A stretch of 64,000 nucleotides of DNA from Ruminococcus gauvreauii. Lineage in GTDB: Bacteria > Bacillota > Clostridia > Lachnospirales > Lachnospiraceae. Below are positions 1-8,713 of the stretch, one piece after another; the stretch's first letter is position 1; each line of letters begins with the position of its first letter. The notes beneath the pieces were generated by a model, which saw only the letters and a list, made by a program, of their open reading frames with translations, did not search any database and had not been told where the DNA came from. The DNA lies in assembly GCF_025151995.1 (NCBI RefSeq), contig NZ_CP102290.1:1419571-1483570 (forward strand), read 5' to 3'. A program made the position numbers and the translations under genes.

Positions 1-2080
1 GATCTCTCAGCACATATAGTTCTAATGATTCTTTTTCTTCTATCTGTTCCAGCAGTCCAGCACCATTTAAAGATTGAAAATCCTGTTCATATATGTTGAC
101 ACAATATTGCCCCGCATCCCGCATCAGCTGCCTGGAGCGTTCCCCCCATCGGATACGTTCCGCAATTTTTTCCGCTTCCGGCTCGACATCAATTAAAATA
201 GTCTTTGTTTTCTTTTCAATTAAATGAAAACTTTTTGCAACGGTAGCGAAGGGATACATACAGGAGCGTGCCCCCTGCTCAAACTGATCGATAATTTTTT
301 TCTGATCCAAAGACTCACCTTTATAATAATACAACCTTCTGAAATATTCAGAAATAGCTTCCAGCGAAGCAATATCCTCATACGCCCCGGCTATCTCATT
401 ACCCACAGCAATGGGCAGTTTCAACTCATTGGGAATATGAATATCTTCACTTTTTTCCATAGTAAACACCATGGTCCTGCATTTGTCTCTCTCTTTTTTG
501 CCCTCCCTGTTACACCGACCAGCCGCCTGTATCACAGAATCCACGCCGGCCATTTCCCGATATACCATCGGGAAATCAAAATCCACCCCTGCCTCCACCA
601 GACTGGTGGCGACCAGACGGCATGGTAATCCATCCCTAAGCCCTTCTTTTATTTCCCTTAAAATTTCTTTCCTATGGTTGGGATACATAAACGTGGATAG
701 ATGATACGTCCCCGGCTCTTTTATGATCTCATAAATCCGTTGTACCCGCTTCCTGCTGTTTAAAATACAAAGCACCTGTGTAAACTCTCGCAGTTGTCTG
801 GTTAATTCCTCCTCTGATAGCTCTCCGACATTTTGAATCGTAGTGCGGCGAAAGAACTCATACTGCCCTTTTACGTCCGGACATATCTCGCGTATCGGAA
901 GCTGTGCCGGAAAAAACGTCTGCAAACTTGGCTGAGTCGCTGTGCAGATCACAGCGCTGCTGTGATAGTTGTACAATAATTCACTAATTGCCTGCAGACA
1001 TGGTTTTAAATACGGTACCGGAAGCATCTGTGCCTCATCAAATATAATTACGCTGTTTGCAATATTGTGCAGTTTCCGGCATTGCGATGTGCGATTGGCA
1101 AACAGGGATTCAAAAAACTGTACATTGGTTGTTACCACCACAGGGCTGTCCCAATTTTCCGTTGCCAGCTGCCATAACTGCAATTCCTCCGAACTCTCAC
1201 AAACCACGTTGCTGTGATGCTCCAATACATTTTCTCTTCCTAAGATTTTTTTAAATACCTGTGCATTCTGTTCAATAATGCTGGTAAACGGAATGACATA
1301 AATAATACGGTCCAAATGATGTTCCATCGCGTGCCGCAATGCAAATGCCAAAGAAGATACTGTTTTTCCTCCGCCTGTTGGTACCGTCAGCTGAAAAAGT
1401 CCCTGCTTTTCTGCTCCCATTTCCAGGCATGCTTTTAAAATATCCGTCCGCCTTCCATTTACAGTTTCCTTATCTGCATTATTAAGCCATGGAGCTATGT
1501 ATTTTTGTAATCTTTCAAACAAAATATCAATAGCATCGTACTGAATACAACGGGATTCCCCTTTCATAAATTCCTCTGTATTCAAAAAATCAGCATCTAC
1601 CACACATGAAAACAACATTCGAATAAAAAAAGACATACTAAAACCGCCCTTCCCCAACGGACGCAACGATATCGCGGGAAAGGACGGCATAGAAATCTCC
1701 TCACTGTATATTTGGTATGCATCAACTTTTTTTCGTAGTCTTCCGCAAAGAGTCGCTTCACCTCCTGCATCACCAACTGTTCCACCGTCTAAAAGACCAG
1801 AATGATGCCCTGAGATACAGTACGCTCCTATCAAATTATGCGCTTTTTCATTTAGCTCCACGGCACCTGCAGTGGCATGGTCTGTGATTGGACCGCCGTG
1901 CAGCCGCTTTTGAAAACTGTCCGAATATTTTCCTACATCGTGAAACAGTCCGCATCCTTCTCCCCATTCTTTACATTCGAAAACTGACGCAAAATCTCCC
2001 GCCAATTTTGCAGTCTCTTCTAAATGATCTTTTAACGTTTGTTCTCTGGATCCATCTTCACTGATATGGGCTAAATACAT
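1..2080 (-). CDS. cas3: Type I-C CRISPR-associated helicase/nuclease Cas3, N-terminal ~690 codons; 3' end lies beyond the left window edge
   Basis: Manual minus-strand translation from ATG at 2080-2078 (RBS GGGGAG upstream) gives MYLAHISEDGSREQTLKDHLEETAKLAGDF...GLFHDVGKYSDSFQKRLHGGPITDHATAGAVEL (HD nuclease motifs). The same frame has a Walker A (LTVPTGGGKT) near 1390 and a DEAQ box (VIIFDEAQMLP) near 1040, and is still open and protein-like at position 1. The ORF track lacks it because no stop falls inside the window. Confidence 0.85.
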   Translation of the reverse strand, partial: MYLAHISEDGSREQTLKDHLEETAKLAGDFASVFECKEWGEGCGLFHDVGKYSDSFQKRLHGGPITDHATAGAVELNEKAHNLIGAYCISGHHSGLLDGGTVGDAGGEATLCGRLRKKVDAYQIYSEEISMPSFPAISLRPLGKGGFSMSFFIRMLFSCVVDADFLNTEEFMKGESRCIQYDAIDILFERLQKYIAPWLNNADKETVNGRRTDILKACLEMGAEKQGLFQLTVPTGGGKTVSSLAFALRHAMEHHLDRIIYVIPFTSIIEQNAQVFKKILGRENVLEHHSNVVCESSEELQLWQLATENWDSPVVVTTNVQFFESLFANRTSQCRKLHNIANSVIIFDEAQMLPVPYLKPCLQAISELLYNYHSSAVICTATQPSLQTFFPAQLPIREICPDVKGQYEFFRRTTIQNVGELSEEELTRQLREFTQVLCILNSRKRVQRIYEIIKEPGTYHLSTFMYPNHRKEILREIKEGLRDGLPCRLVATSLVEAGVDFDFPMVYREMAGVDSVIQAAGRCNREGKKERDKCRTMVFTMEKSEDIHIPNELKLPIAVGNEIAGAYEDIASLEAISEYFRRLYYYKGESLDQKKIIDQFEQGARSCMYPFATVAKSFHLIEKKTKTILIDVEPEAEKIAERIRWGERSRQLMRDAGQYCVNIYEQDFQSLNGAGLLEQIEEKESLELYVLRD

Positions 2081-2510
2081 CACTTCAATATTTTCTCCCC
2101 TAAATTTCGAATTGCATGTAAATTTGCACACTTTTTATTAACTAATTATAGCACATTTTGGCAAATAATTCCAAAAAATTCTCTTTTTCTAATAAATTTA
2201 TGATATAATATTAGTATAAAATTTGTAATTAAAATTAATCTTACACAACTGGATAGATTCTCAGCTCTGTTACTAATATAATAAGAGCTAACACTTTTTA
2301 AATCATCTATTAGTATATCATTAAGTATAAAAACAGTTTAGTGCGAATATGAAGCAAACATAAATTACCCGGTTGATTCGCACCACAATAATGTCGAAAA
2401 ACAAGTATAAAATCTGATACTTAATTAATTTTGTGATTAAATTTAAAGCTATTACTAAAGAACATGTTAAAAAGTAATAAACTTAACCGGAATTTTTGTG
2501 TAAAATTGCT
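2081..2510 (+). promoter_or_regulatory. AT-rich CRISPR leader, also the divergent cas3 promoter region
   Basis: 430 bp with no coding potential and very AT-rich, immediately 5' of the first repeat. Array orientation comes from the repeat sequence and the degenerate distal repeat. Contains an 8-bp inverted repeat GTGCGAAT/ATTCGCAC at 2341-2383. Confidence 0.5.
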
Positions 2511-3266
2511 GTCGCTCCTTTGCGGGAGCGTGGATTGAAATCCTTGTGCTGTGTTGATTTCTATTACATCACTCGGTCGCTCCTTTGCGGGAGCGTGGAT
2601 TGAAATTTGGAGAAAAATTAAAAGAACTGAAAAAACTTCCGTCGCTCCTTTGCGGGAGCGTGGATTGAAATAAAGTAGTATCTGCCTATAAAGGAAAATC
2701 CATGAGTCGCTCCTTTGCGGGAGCGTGGATTGAAATTCTTGTCATATATCCCATAAACATGCTTAGTGCAGTCGCTCCTTTGCGGGAGCGTGGATTGAAA
2801 TAGGTTTATGTCATTCACTTTTGCTGCAGAACAGATGTCGCTCCTTTGCGGGAGCGTGGATTGAAATTCTACTAACATGCCTGTTTTTGATAATGAAGCG
2901 GTCGCTCCTTTGCGGGAGCGTGGATTGAAATCTTTAGCTGTTGGACTTGCCATATCCGGGATTATGTCGCTCCTTTGCGGGAGCGTGGATTGAAATCTTT
3001 AGCTGTTGGACTTGCCATATCCGGGATTATGTCGCTCCTTTGCGGGAGCGTGGATTGAAATATATGGAACGTTATACCGAAGATATGAAATTGTGGTCGC
3101 TCCTTTGCGGGAGCGTGGATTGAAATTATAATAAGACCGCTTATGATAATTATATGAATCGTCGCTCCTTTGCGGGAGCGTGGATTGAAATTATCAGAAG
3201 CAGTTTGTTTTCCCATTCGGCAGTCGTCGCTCCTTTGCGGAAGCGTGAATCGAAATTAGCAACTTC
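2511..3266 (+). CRISPR. Type I-C CRISPR array: 12 repeats of GTCGCTCCTTTGCGGGAGCGTGGATTGAAAT (31 nt), 11 spacers of 33-35 nt
   Basis: Repeats start at 2511, 2576, 2641, 2706, 2771, 2837, 2901, 2966, 3031, 3096, 3161 and 3236, a period of about 65 bp. The repeat ends in GTGGATTGAAAT, the hallmark of I-C (cas5c-processed) repeats. The last repeat (3236-3266) is degenerate, GTCGCTCCTTTGCGGAAGCGTGAATCGAAAT with 3 mismatches. Confidence 0.95.
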
Positions 3267-3310
3267 TTAGGATTCTCCCATGCCTGAAATTGGCTATATA
3301 ATACAAATAA

Positions 3311-3345
3311 GGGCAGAAACCAAAATCCGGATCTGCCCTAACGTA
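3311..3345 (+). terminator. Hairpin GGGCAGA-N14-TCTGCCC followed by a T-rich tract, a possible terminator distal to the array
   Basis: Inverted repeat 3311-3317 / 3332-3338 seen directly; followed by taacgtatctttt. Confidence 0.35.
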
Positions 3346-3505
3346 TCTTTTACCTATCTTATATCAGTTTACACAAAACTTTGAACGCCTTAATCTATTC
3401 TTTCTCTAACGAAAATATATCCTTAACTAGCAAAATAATATTAAAATATTTCCACTTTGAGTCACGGCTATAATAACATAATAGGCTCACAATGTATTCA
3501 TGCAA

Positions 3506-4153
3506 TCAACTCCCTAAATCACCTGCCTCCACACACCCCATCAACCAATCCACCGCCTCCTGCCACGTCTGAAACACATATCCTCCCTTTTTGCGCATCA
3601 ATTGAGAAAAAAATGTACTCACTACCGCGACGCCCCCTCTCGTCCCCTTTTCTGTCATCTCCGGTATCACGGGATATTTCAACAGAATCTTCTTATATAC
3701 TTCAGTGCGGTATAATGGGTTCTTGCTGCTTCGAATGATCACCGGTTGTTCCGACTGTTCATGAGACTGAAACAAATTTTGAAGTGCTTTTCCGACCAGT
3801 TCCCCTGATCGGTAGACGCCAATGGAATAGGCCTCCAGCTTTTTCGTCACCGGATCCAGCAATACACACAGATATATCTCTCCATCCCTGACGGTCTTAT
3901 ACGTCCCGATTCCCACACATACTCTCTGAGGCATGTTTCTTTTAACTGATGTTTCCATATGCGGCAAATCAGCTGCCTGCAAATCCTCATCATTTTTCCA
4001 CAACACAATATCCTGTGGTGCATATTGATGTTCATATAAATATAAAATTGGATGATACTCGTTCTCGTTCACAATATCCATGCTCCTGACATTACATTCC
4101 GTTTTCTGATGAATCGTTAATAAATCATGCGCAAGAAAAAGGGGGCAGTTCAT
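3506..4153 (-). CDS. IS3-family transposase OrfB-like (rve integrase core) protein with degenerate catalytic residues
   Basis: Alignment by eye to IS3 OrfB: PQRVCVGIGTY vs PNQKWAGDITY; IYLCVLLDP vs LYLAVVIDL; IIRSSKNPLY vs IVHTDRGGQY; AVVSTFFSQLMRK vs CVESFFHSLKVE. Three of the DDE residues are substituted (first D to I, third D to S, E to S) and one D is retained. Start overlaps the upstream gene stop (ATGA). Confidence 0.6.
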   Translation of the reverse strand: MNCPLFLAHDLLTIHQKTECNVRSMDIVNENEYHPILYLYEHQYAPQDIVLWKNDEDLQAADLPHMETSVKRNMPQRVCVGIGTYKTVRDGEIYLCVLLDPVTKKLEAYSIGVYRSGELVGKALQNLFQSHEQSEQPVIIRSSKNPLYRTEVYKKILLKYPVIPEMTEKGTRGGVAVVSTFFSQLMRKKGGYVFQTWQEAVDWLMGCVEAGDLGS

Positions 4154-4566
4154 CTGCCCCTGTGCTTCTCTTTCTTCTTTTGCTGTTTTAACGCAAACTT
4201 ACGAAGCTGTTCGGCTTCTTTTCGCTCTCTTCCAGATACTTTTCTTTCCGTTCTGGACTGCTCCCGCTGCAATTTCAGCGCCTGCTGGGATTTCGTTCCC
4301 ATCCCAACATCCTTCAATTGTTTCCGAACCTTACGCTGCATCCGCTTCGGGTTTACGTGAAAATCCTTTACAGCATTTTCCACAGCCGGACTGAATCGCA
4401 GCCTGTAGTAGTTTTCCTGCAAAAACCTGTTCACATCGTAGTCTCTGGGTTCTGCTCCGAATGTTACCTTGCAGACAGTCAACTTACCATCCGTGGTCCG
4501 TTCAACGATTCCTATCCAGAATGGTTCCTCAAAAAACACACTGACTGTTACCGATACTCTGTCCAT
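4150..4566 (-). CDS. DUF2992 (YjdF-like) family protein
   Basis: N-terminal TVSVFFEEPFWIGIVERT resembles the conserved start of DUF2992/YjdF proteins. Lys/Arg-rich C-terminal tail. RBS AAGGAGG 8 nt before the ATG. Confidence 0.55.
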   Translation of the reverse strand: MDRVSVTVSVFFEEPFWIGIVERTTDGKLTVCKVTFGAEPRDYDVNRFLQENYYRLRFSPAVENAVKDFHVNPKRMQRKVRKQLKDVGMGTKSQQALKLQREQSRTERKVSGRERKEAEQLRKFALKQQKKKEKHRGR

Positions 4567-4790
4567 AATGATTCCTCCTTAAATGTTTTCATAACGGACA
4601 AAGAATGGACGACCTAAGGAGGAAGGTTACTTATAAACAGCATCCGTGAGAATCTGTTTACGCCCGGACTACCTACCGGGTCTGTATGGTAACACCATAC
4701 GTTGTGTTTTTATCTTTGCCTGACCGTTTTTCCTGCTGGCTGCGCACAGCTCACAGGCTTACGGTGCCTGTAATGATTATACCGCAATTT
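4567..4790 (-). promoter_or_regulatory. Candidate yjdF-class riboswitch / structured 5' leader of the DUF2992 gene
   Basis: About 200-nt leader downstream of a TATAAT box (plus-strand coordinates 4776-4781). Several hairpins (CAGGCaccgtaaGCCTG, GTATGGTgttACCATAC, CCCGGtaggtagtCCGGG). An anti-SD TTCCTCCTTA (plus 4615-4626) is complementary to the gene's own SD TTAAGGAGGAA (plus 4571-4581). yjdF RNAs are reported almost exclusively in 5' UTRs of DUF2992 genes. Confidence 0.4.
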
Positions 4791-4817
4791 GCTGTTTAAC
4801 ACCACTTTAAAATTCTC

Positions 4818-5330
4818 TCAGCATTCTCCTTTTAGCAGTGAATACATGCAATAATCACACAGCTCTCCATTTTTAAACACACCCTTTCTCATAATCCCTT
4901 CCAGCGTGAATCCTGCCTTCTCAAGCACTCCCCGAGAACCGGCATTGTGTGCAAAAGGCTCGGCATAAATCCGCACAATGTCAAATGCAGCAAACGCTTC
5001 CCGGCAGATTCTCCTTACCGCCTCAGTCATGATCCCTTTACCCCAGAAATCTTCCGCCAGCCAGTATCCCAGTTCTGCGCTTTTCTCATACACATCGCTG
5101 CCGCAGAAGATCCCTATACTTCCAATTGTGTGGCCCTCTGCCACGATCGCCCGGCACAGCTGCCTCTCTTCAGTATTTTCCGCACAGGAACGCACATAAT
5201 TCTCTGCGTCCTGCCGTGTATAGGGATACGGAAATACATTTCGAAGATTAGCCGCAATTTTCTCATTGTCCGCATACCGCGCCACATCGGCGATGTATTC
5301 CAGTTTCCATTTTCGCAGTTCAAAATTCAT
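4818..5330 (-). CDS. GNAT family N-acetyltransferase
   Basis: 170 aa with acetyl-CoA binding motif region (RGKGIMTEAVRRICREAF...AEPFAHNAGSRGVLEKAGF). Confidence 0.8.
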   Translation of the reverse strand: MNFELRKWKLEYIADVARYADNEKIAANLRNVFPYPYTRQDAENYVRSCAENTEERQLCRAIVAEGHTIGSIGIFCGSDVYEKSAELGYWLAEDFWGKGIMTEAVRRICREAFAAFDIVRIYAEPFAHNAGSRGVLEKAGFTLEGIMRKGVFKNGELCDYCMYSLLKGEC

Positions 5331-5902
5331 AAACCTTTCCCTTCCAGATCTGTTCTGATCTTATCTACAATATTTTGTGCTGTCTTTTCCTCCAGCCTTA
5401 CCATCCGGCTCCACATACGGACGCCCTGATACGCATAAAGAATCATATCTGTGATCTGTTCCACATTCACAGGGGCAAACTCACCTCTTTGGATTCCGTA
5501 TTCGATAAGTTTTTGCCATCTCTGCTTTGCCCTGCGGTTTTGTTCGGTCATAAAACGGTTGTCACATTTAACGGAATACTCATAGAGCGCATAACTCAGT
5601 GAATGCTTCTCATCCAGCATCTCCTGCCTCATACGTTCCAGCAGACCTTCCAGTATTTCTCCCGCAGATATCCCTTCTTTCATGGACTCCTGCACCATTC
5701 CCTCATCCGCCTTTAAAGTCTCCTCCAAAATATCCTCGAATACCTGCTGCGTGCTGCCGTAATGCCGGTATAACCCTCCCCTGCTCAGGCCGCACGCGTC
5801 GCAGAGGTCCTTCATCGAAATCGCAGAAAATCCCTTCTCTGCAAATAGCCGATACGCCTGTTGTCTGATCACTTCTTTCGTTTTAAGTCCCTTGTTTCCC
5901 AT
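5327..5902 (-). CDS. TetR/AcrR family transcriptional regulator
   Basis: N-terminal HTH (IRQQAYRLFAEKGFSAISMKDLCDACGLSRGGLYRHY). Start trimmed to MGNKGLK, preceded by RBS AGGAGGAGG. 4-nt overlap with the downstream GNAT gene. Confidence 0.8.
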   Translation of the reverse strand: MGNKGLKTKEVIRQQAYRLFAEKGFSAISMKDLCDACGLSRGGLYRHYGSTQQVFEDILEETLKADEGMVQESMKEGISAGEILEGLLERMRQEMLDEKHSLSYALYEYSVKCDNRFMTEQNRRAKQRWQKLIEYGIQRGEFAPVNVEQITDMILYAYQGVRMWSRMVRLEEKTAQNIVDKIRTDLEGKGL

Positions 5903-6046
5903 GCCTCCTCCTTTTGCGACATATGTGTCTCTTTTATTATGCGGCATTTCTGTCGCAGAGTCAAGAAAAACCGATGGCGGCAATGTTTTTCTGTAAAATC
6001 AGCAAACCCCATGAAGGCGAAAATCCTTCACAGGGTTTTATATCAA

Positions 6047-7351
6047 TTAATCTCTCTTTTTTTGTTCCAGTTTCCAGATATGAGGATCCCTTCTGAATAC
6101 AAGACACGTTACCACGCCGAGGACTCCAAGCGCAAAAAACAGCATCGCCGCACCGGCTCCCTTTCCCCGGCCAAACGCCTCTGCCCAAAATGAATCCGCC
6201 GGTTGTCCTATCATAAACGGCTCAAATACCCGGTCTACTAAAAAACCGCCCAGAGCATATCCCACAGGAATTGAAAAAAACTGAAACGTGTTCCTTGCCG
6301 CATACACCCTTCCCTGCATCGTCAATGGAATGTAGTTTCGGAACAGCACATCCATATTGGCATTCATTACCGGAATACTGATCCACCCAAGGACAGCACC
6401 CACACACCAGACGGGAAGACTCTTGCCGAAAGACAGAAAAAAATTCTCTGTGCTCATAGCCAGCAGCAGTGTATTGCAGATGACTCTGACGCGGCTCTTA
6501 GGTATCGGAAGTATTGTTGCCACAATACTCCCTGCCAACATGGCAAGACCTGAGACCATATTTACCATGCCATAGGCATTTTCACCTCCTCCATCTACCG
6601 ATAACAGCATCGCAGGAAGCGCCGCGTTATACATGGAGGCAGTGAGGTTGATCGCCGCCAGAAATAGAATCAGATCCAGAATACCCCGGTTATGTTTTAA
6701 ATACCGCAGTCCGGACTTTGCCGCCTGCAGCACCTTCTCTTTTCCCTCTTCCGCAGGTTTCATATCCGGAACCTTTATTCCAAACAGCAGTGTACCGAAG
6801 GCCAGGCCAAAAGTGGTCAAATCAACCGCGATCACCGTCTGAATATTCGTAAATGCCAGCAGCCCGGTTGCAATGACCGGAGTTAAAATGCTGGTCAGCG
6901 AACTGGAAAACGTCCGCATTCCGCTTACCTTCTGATAGTGCTTCTTAGGCGTCAGCAGGCTGACTGTCACATCAGCTGCCGGCTGCTGGAAAGTATTCAT
7001 CAGACCATTCAACGCATTCAGAACGTATAAATGCCAGATTTCCAGATTGCCGGTCTGCAGCAGTACCAGTACTGCCACTGTACATCCTGCTGCAAAAGTA
7101 TCGCTTGCCAGCATGATGACTTTTTTGTTCCAGCGGTCACTGAAAGCGCCTGCAAAAATACTCATCAGCACATAGGGCGCATAAGAGCAGACGGACAGCA
7201 GAGCGGTCGTAAGCGCCGACCCCTTATCCTGATAAGACCAGATGACCAGTGCGAAATTCGTCATTGAGCTTCCCAGAGTTGATAATGACTGCGTTGACCA
7301 TAGCAGCAGAAAACTTTTCAGTTCATGAAATGTAGATTTAAAATTTTTCAT
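6047..7351 (-). CDS. MFS transporter (probable drug/metabolite exporter)
   Basis: 12-TM-like hydrophobic profile, MFS motif region (SDRWNKK). Start trimmed to MKNFKS with RBS AAAGGAG. Adjacent to the TetR gene. Confidence 0.8.
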   Translation of the reverse strand: MKNFKSTFHELKSFLLLWSTQSLSTLGSSMTNFALVIWSYQDKGSALTTALLSVCSYAPYVLMSIFAGAFSDRWNKKVIMLASDTFAAGCTVAVLVLLQTGNLEIWHLYVLNALNGLMNTFQQPAADVTVSLLTPKKHYQKVSGMRTFSSSLTSILTPVIATGLLAFTNIQTVIAVDLTTFGLAFGTLLFGIKVPDMKPAEEGKEKVLQAAKSGLRYLKHNRGILDLILFLAAINLTASMYNAALPAMLLSVDGGGENAYGMVNMVSGLAMLAGSIVATILPIPKSRVRVICNTLLLAMSTENFFLSFGKSLPVWCVGAVLGWISIPVMNANMDVLFRNYIPLTMQGRVYAARNTFQFFSIPVGYALGGFLVDRVFEPFMIGQPADSFWAEAFGRGKGAGAAMLFFALGVLGVVTCLVFRRDPHIWKLEQKKRD

Positions 7352-7536
7352 TTTGACTTTGCTCCTTTGTTTCATTAAATCAGCAGGAAACAGCAAAGTC
7401 TTATGGGCGAAATTTATCGGATCACTCTATGCAAAATGCCCACTTCAGACTTTGCACAGAGCTGCAGCAATGCATAATTTCATTTTCACACATTCCTCCT
7501 GTCATTTTGCCCCATTATAACATGTACAACACATTT

Positions 7537-8691
7537 TTAAAACCTTATCACAACCTTCATACTGTCTTTCGACATGCTCGTCAACACTGCCTCTTCCGCC
7601 TTCTCAACCGGAAACTGATGACTCACAAATCTGGCCCACGGGAACAGCTCCATCGTGCGTTCCATCATCTCCATGTGTGCCTTGTAGGCGACATGATTGT
7701 GGTTACACATGCCGACGATCCTTAAATTCTTAGAACAGATTTCATGAATGTTGACGGGCACAGAACCGCAGTCCACGAAATTCCCCACTTCCAGATACAT
7801 GGCTGCCTTGCGCAGCATTCTCAGTCCCTCATTTACCACATACGGATTCCCCACACATTCAACGCCGATATCAGCGCCTCTGCCATGCGTCTCCTGCATT
7901 ACAATATCGACGCGCTCCTCCTCTGTCGTTTGCTCCACGTTCAACCCGATGTCTGCACCAAATTCTTTTGCGAGGTTTAGTTTATAATCGGAGATATCCG
8001 TGACAATAATCTTACCCGCCCCCATCATCCGCGCCTTGATAACATGTGCCAGACCGATTGGGCCTACGCCCTGGATCACAACCGTATCATTGTAGTTGAA
8101 ACCTTCCAGCGAAAATGAGTTAAATTCCTTAGCCTTGTCAAGGGCCGACGTCACACACATGACCTCAGAGAGAACCGCCATATTATCCGGCAGTCCGTCC
8201 GGCACTTTGTATAACCGGGTACCCGGTTCGATATAGATGTATTCGGAGCATCCCCCGTACAAATGCTGTCCGTAGTTACAGGAACGCATATTTCCGTAGC
8301 TGAACAGCATATGTTCACACCATGGATATGTGGGGAAATTTTTACAGTACCAGCATGTCCCGCACACAACATCCGGGCACATCGTGACTCTGTCTCCCGG
8401 CTTTAAAATATTGCCGTCAAAATCAAGGGTTCTGGAACCCAGTTCGTCAATCTCCTCGATGACAAATACATTCTCATGTCCCTGAATAATCGGGTACGGA
8501 ATATCAATTTCATTTTTGGTCCCTTTATACTGGACACTCTCACCCTTGTAGCTGTGTTTGTCCGTGCCGCAGATTCCCGCCATGACCATTCTGCCTATGG
8601 CAGCGCCCTTTCCCAGCTTCGGATAAGGAAATTCTCGTATATTCATTTTCCCCGGTTCTTCAAGGACCGCTGCTTTTACTGTTCTTTCCAT
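7537..8691 (-). CDS. Zn-dependent alcohol/polyol dehydrogenase (MDR superfamily)
   Basis: GICGTDKHSYKGE catalytic-Zn motif, GHENV, CGTCWYC structural-Zn Cys cluster, GVGPIG NAD-binding motif. Start trimmed to MERTVK with RBS. Paralog of the 9712-10878 gene. Confidence 0.85.
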   Translation of the reverse strand: MERTVKAAVLEEPGKMNIREFPYPKLGKGAAIGRMVMAGICGTDKHSYKGESVQYKGTKNEIDIPYPIIQGHENVFVIEEIDELGSRTLDFDGNILKPGDRVTMCPDVVCGTCWYCKNFPTYPWCEHMLFSYGNMRSCNYGQHLYGGCSEYIYIEPGTRLYKVPDGLPDNMAVLSEVMCVTSALDKAKEFNSFSLEGFNYNDTVVIQGVGPIGLAHVIKARMMGAGKIIVTDISDYKLNLAKEFGADIGLNVEQTTEEERVDIVMQETHGRGADIGVECVGNPYVVNEGLRMLRKAAMYLEVGNFVDCGSVPVNIHEICSKNLRIVGMCNHNHVAYKAHMEMMERTMELFPWARFVSHQFPVEKAEEAVLTSMSKDSMKVVIRF

Positions 8692-8713
8692 ATTTGCCTC
8701 TCTTTCCGTCAAG

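Noticed and set aside
224-1254. Several 60-130 aa plus-strand ORFs (224-628, 471-704, 969-1217, 1057-1254)
   Set aside because: They lie antisense to, or out of frame within, the long minus-strand cas3 reading frame. That frame is absent from the ORF track only because it has no in-window stop. They have no RBS or protein-like composition.
2511-3266. Alternative CRISPR subtype assignments (I-E, II-A) or minus-strand orientation
   Set aside because: The repeat terminates in GTGGATTGAAAT and has the short GC stem typical of I-C. The degenerate repeat is at the 3266 end and the AT-rich leader at the 2510 end, so plus-strand orientation is favoured.
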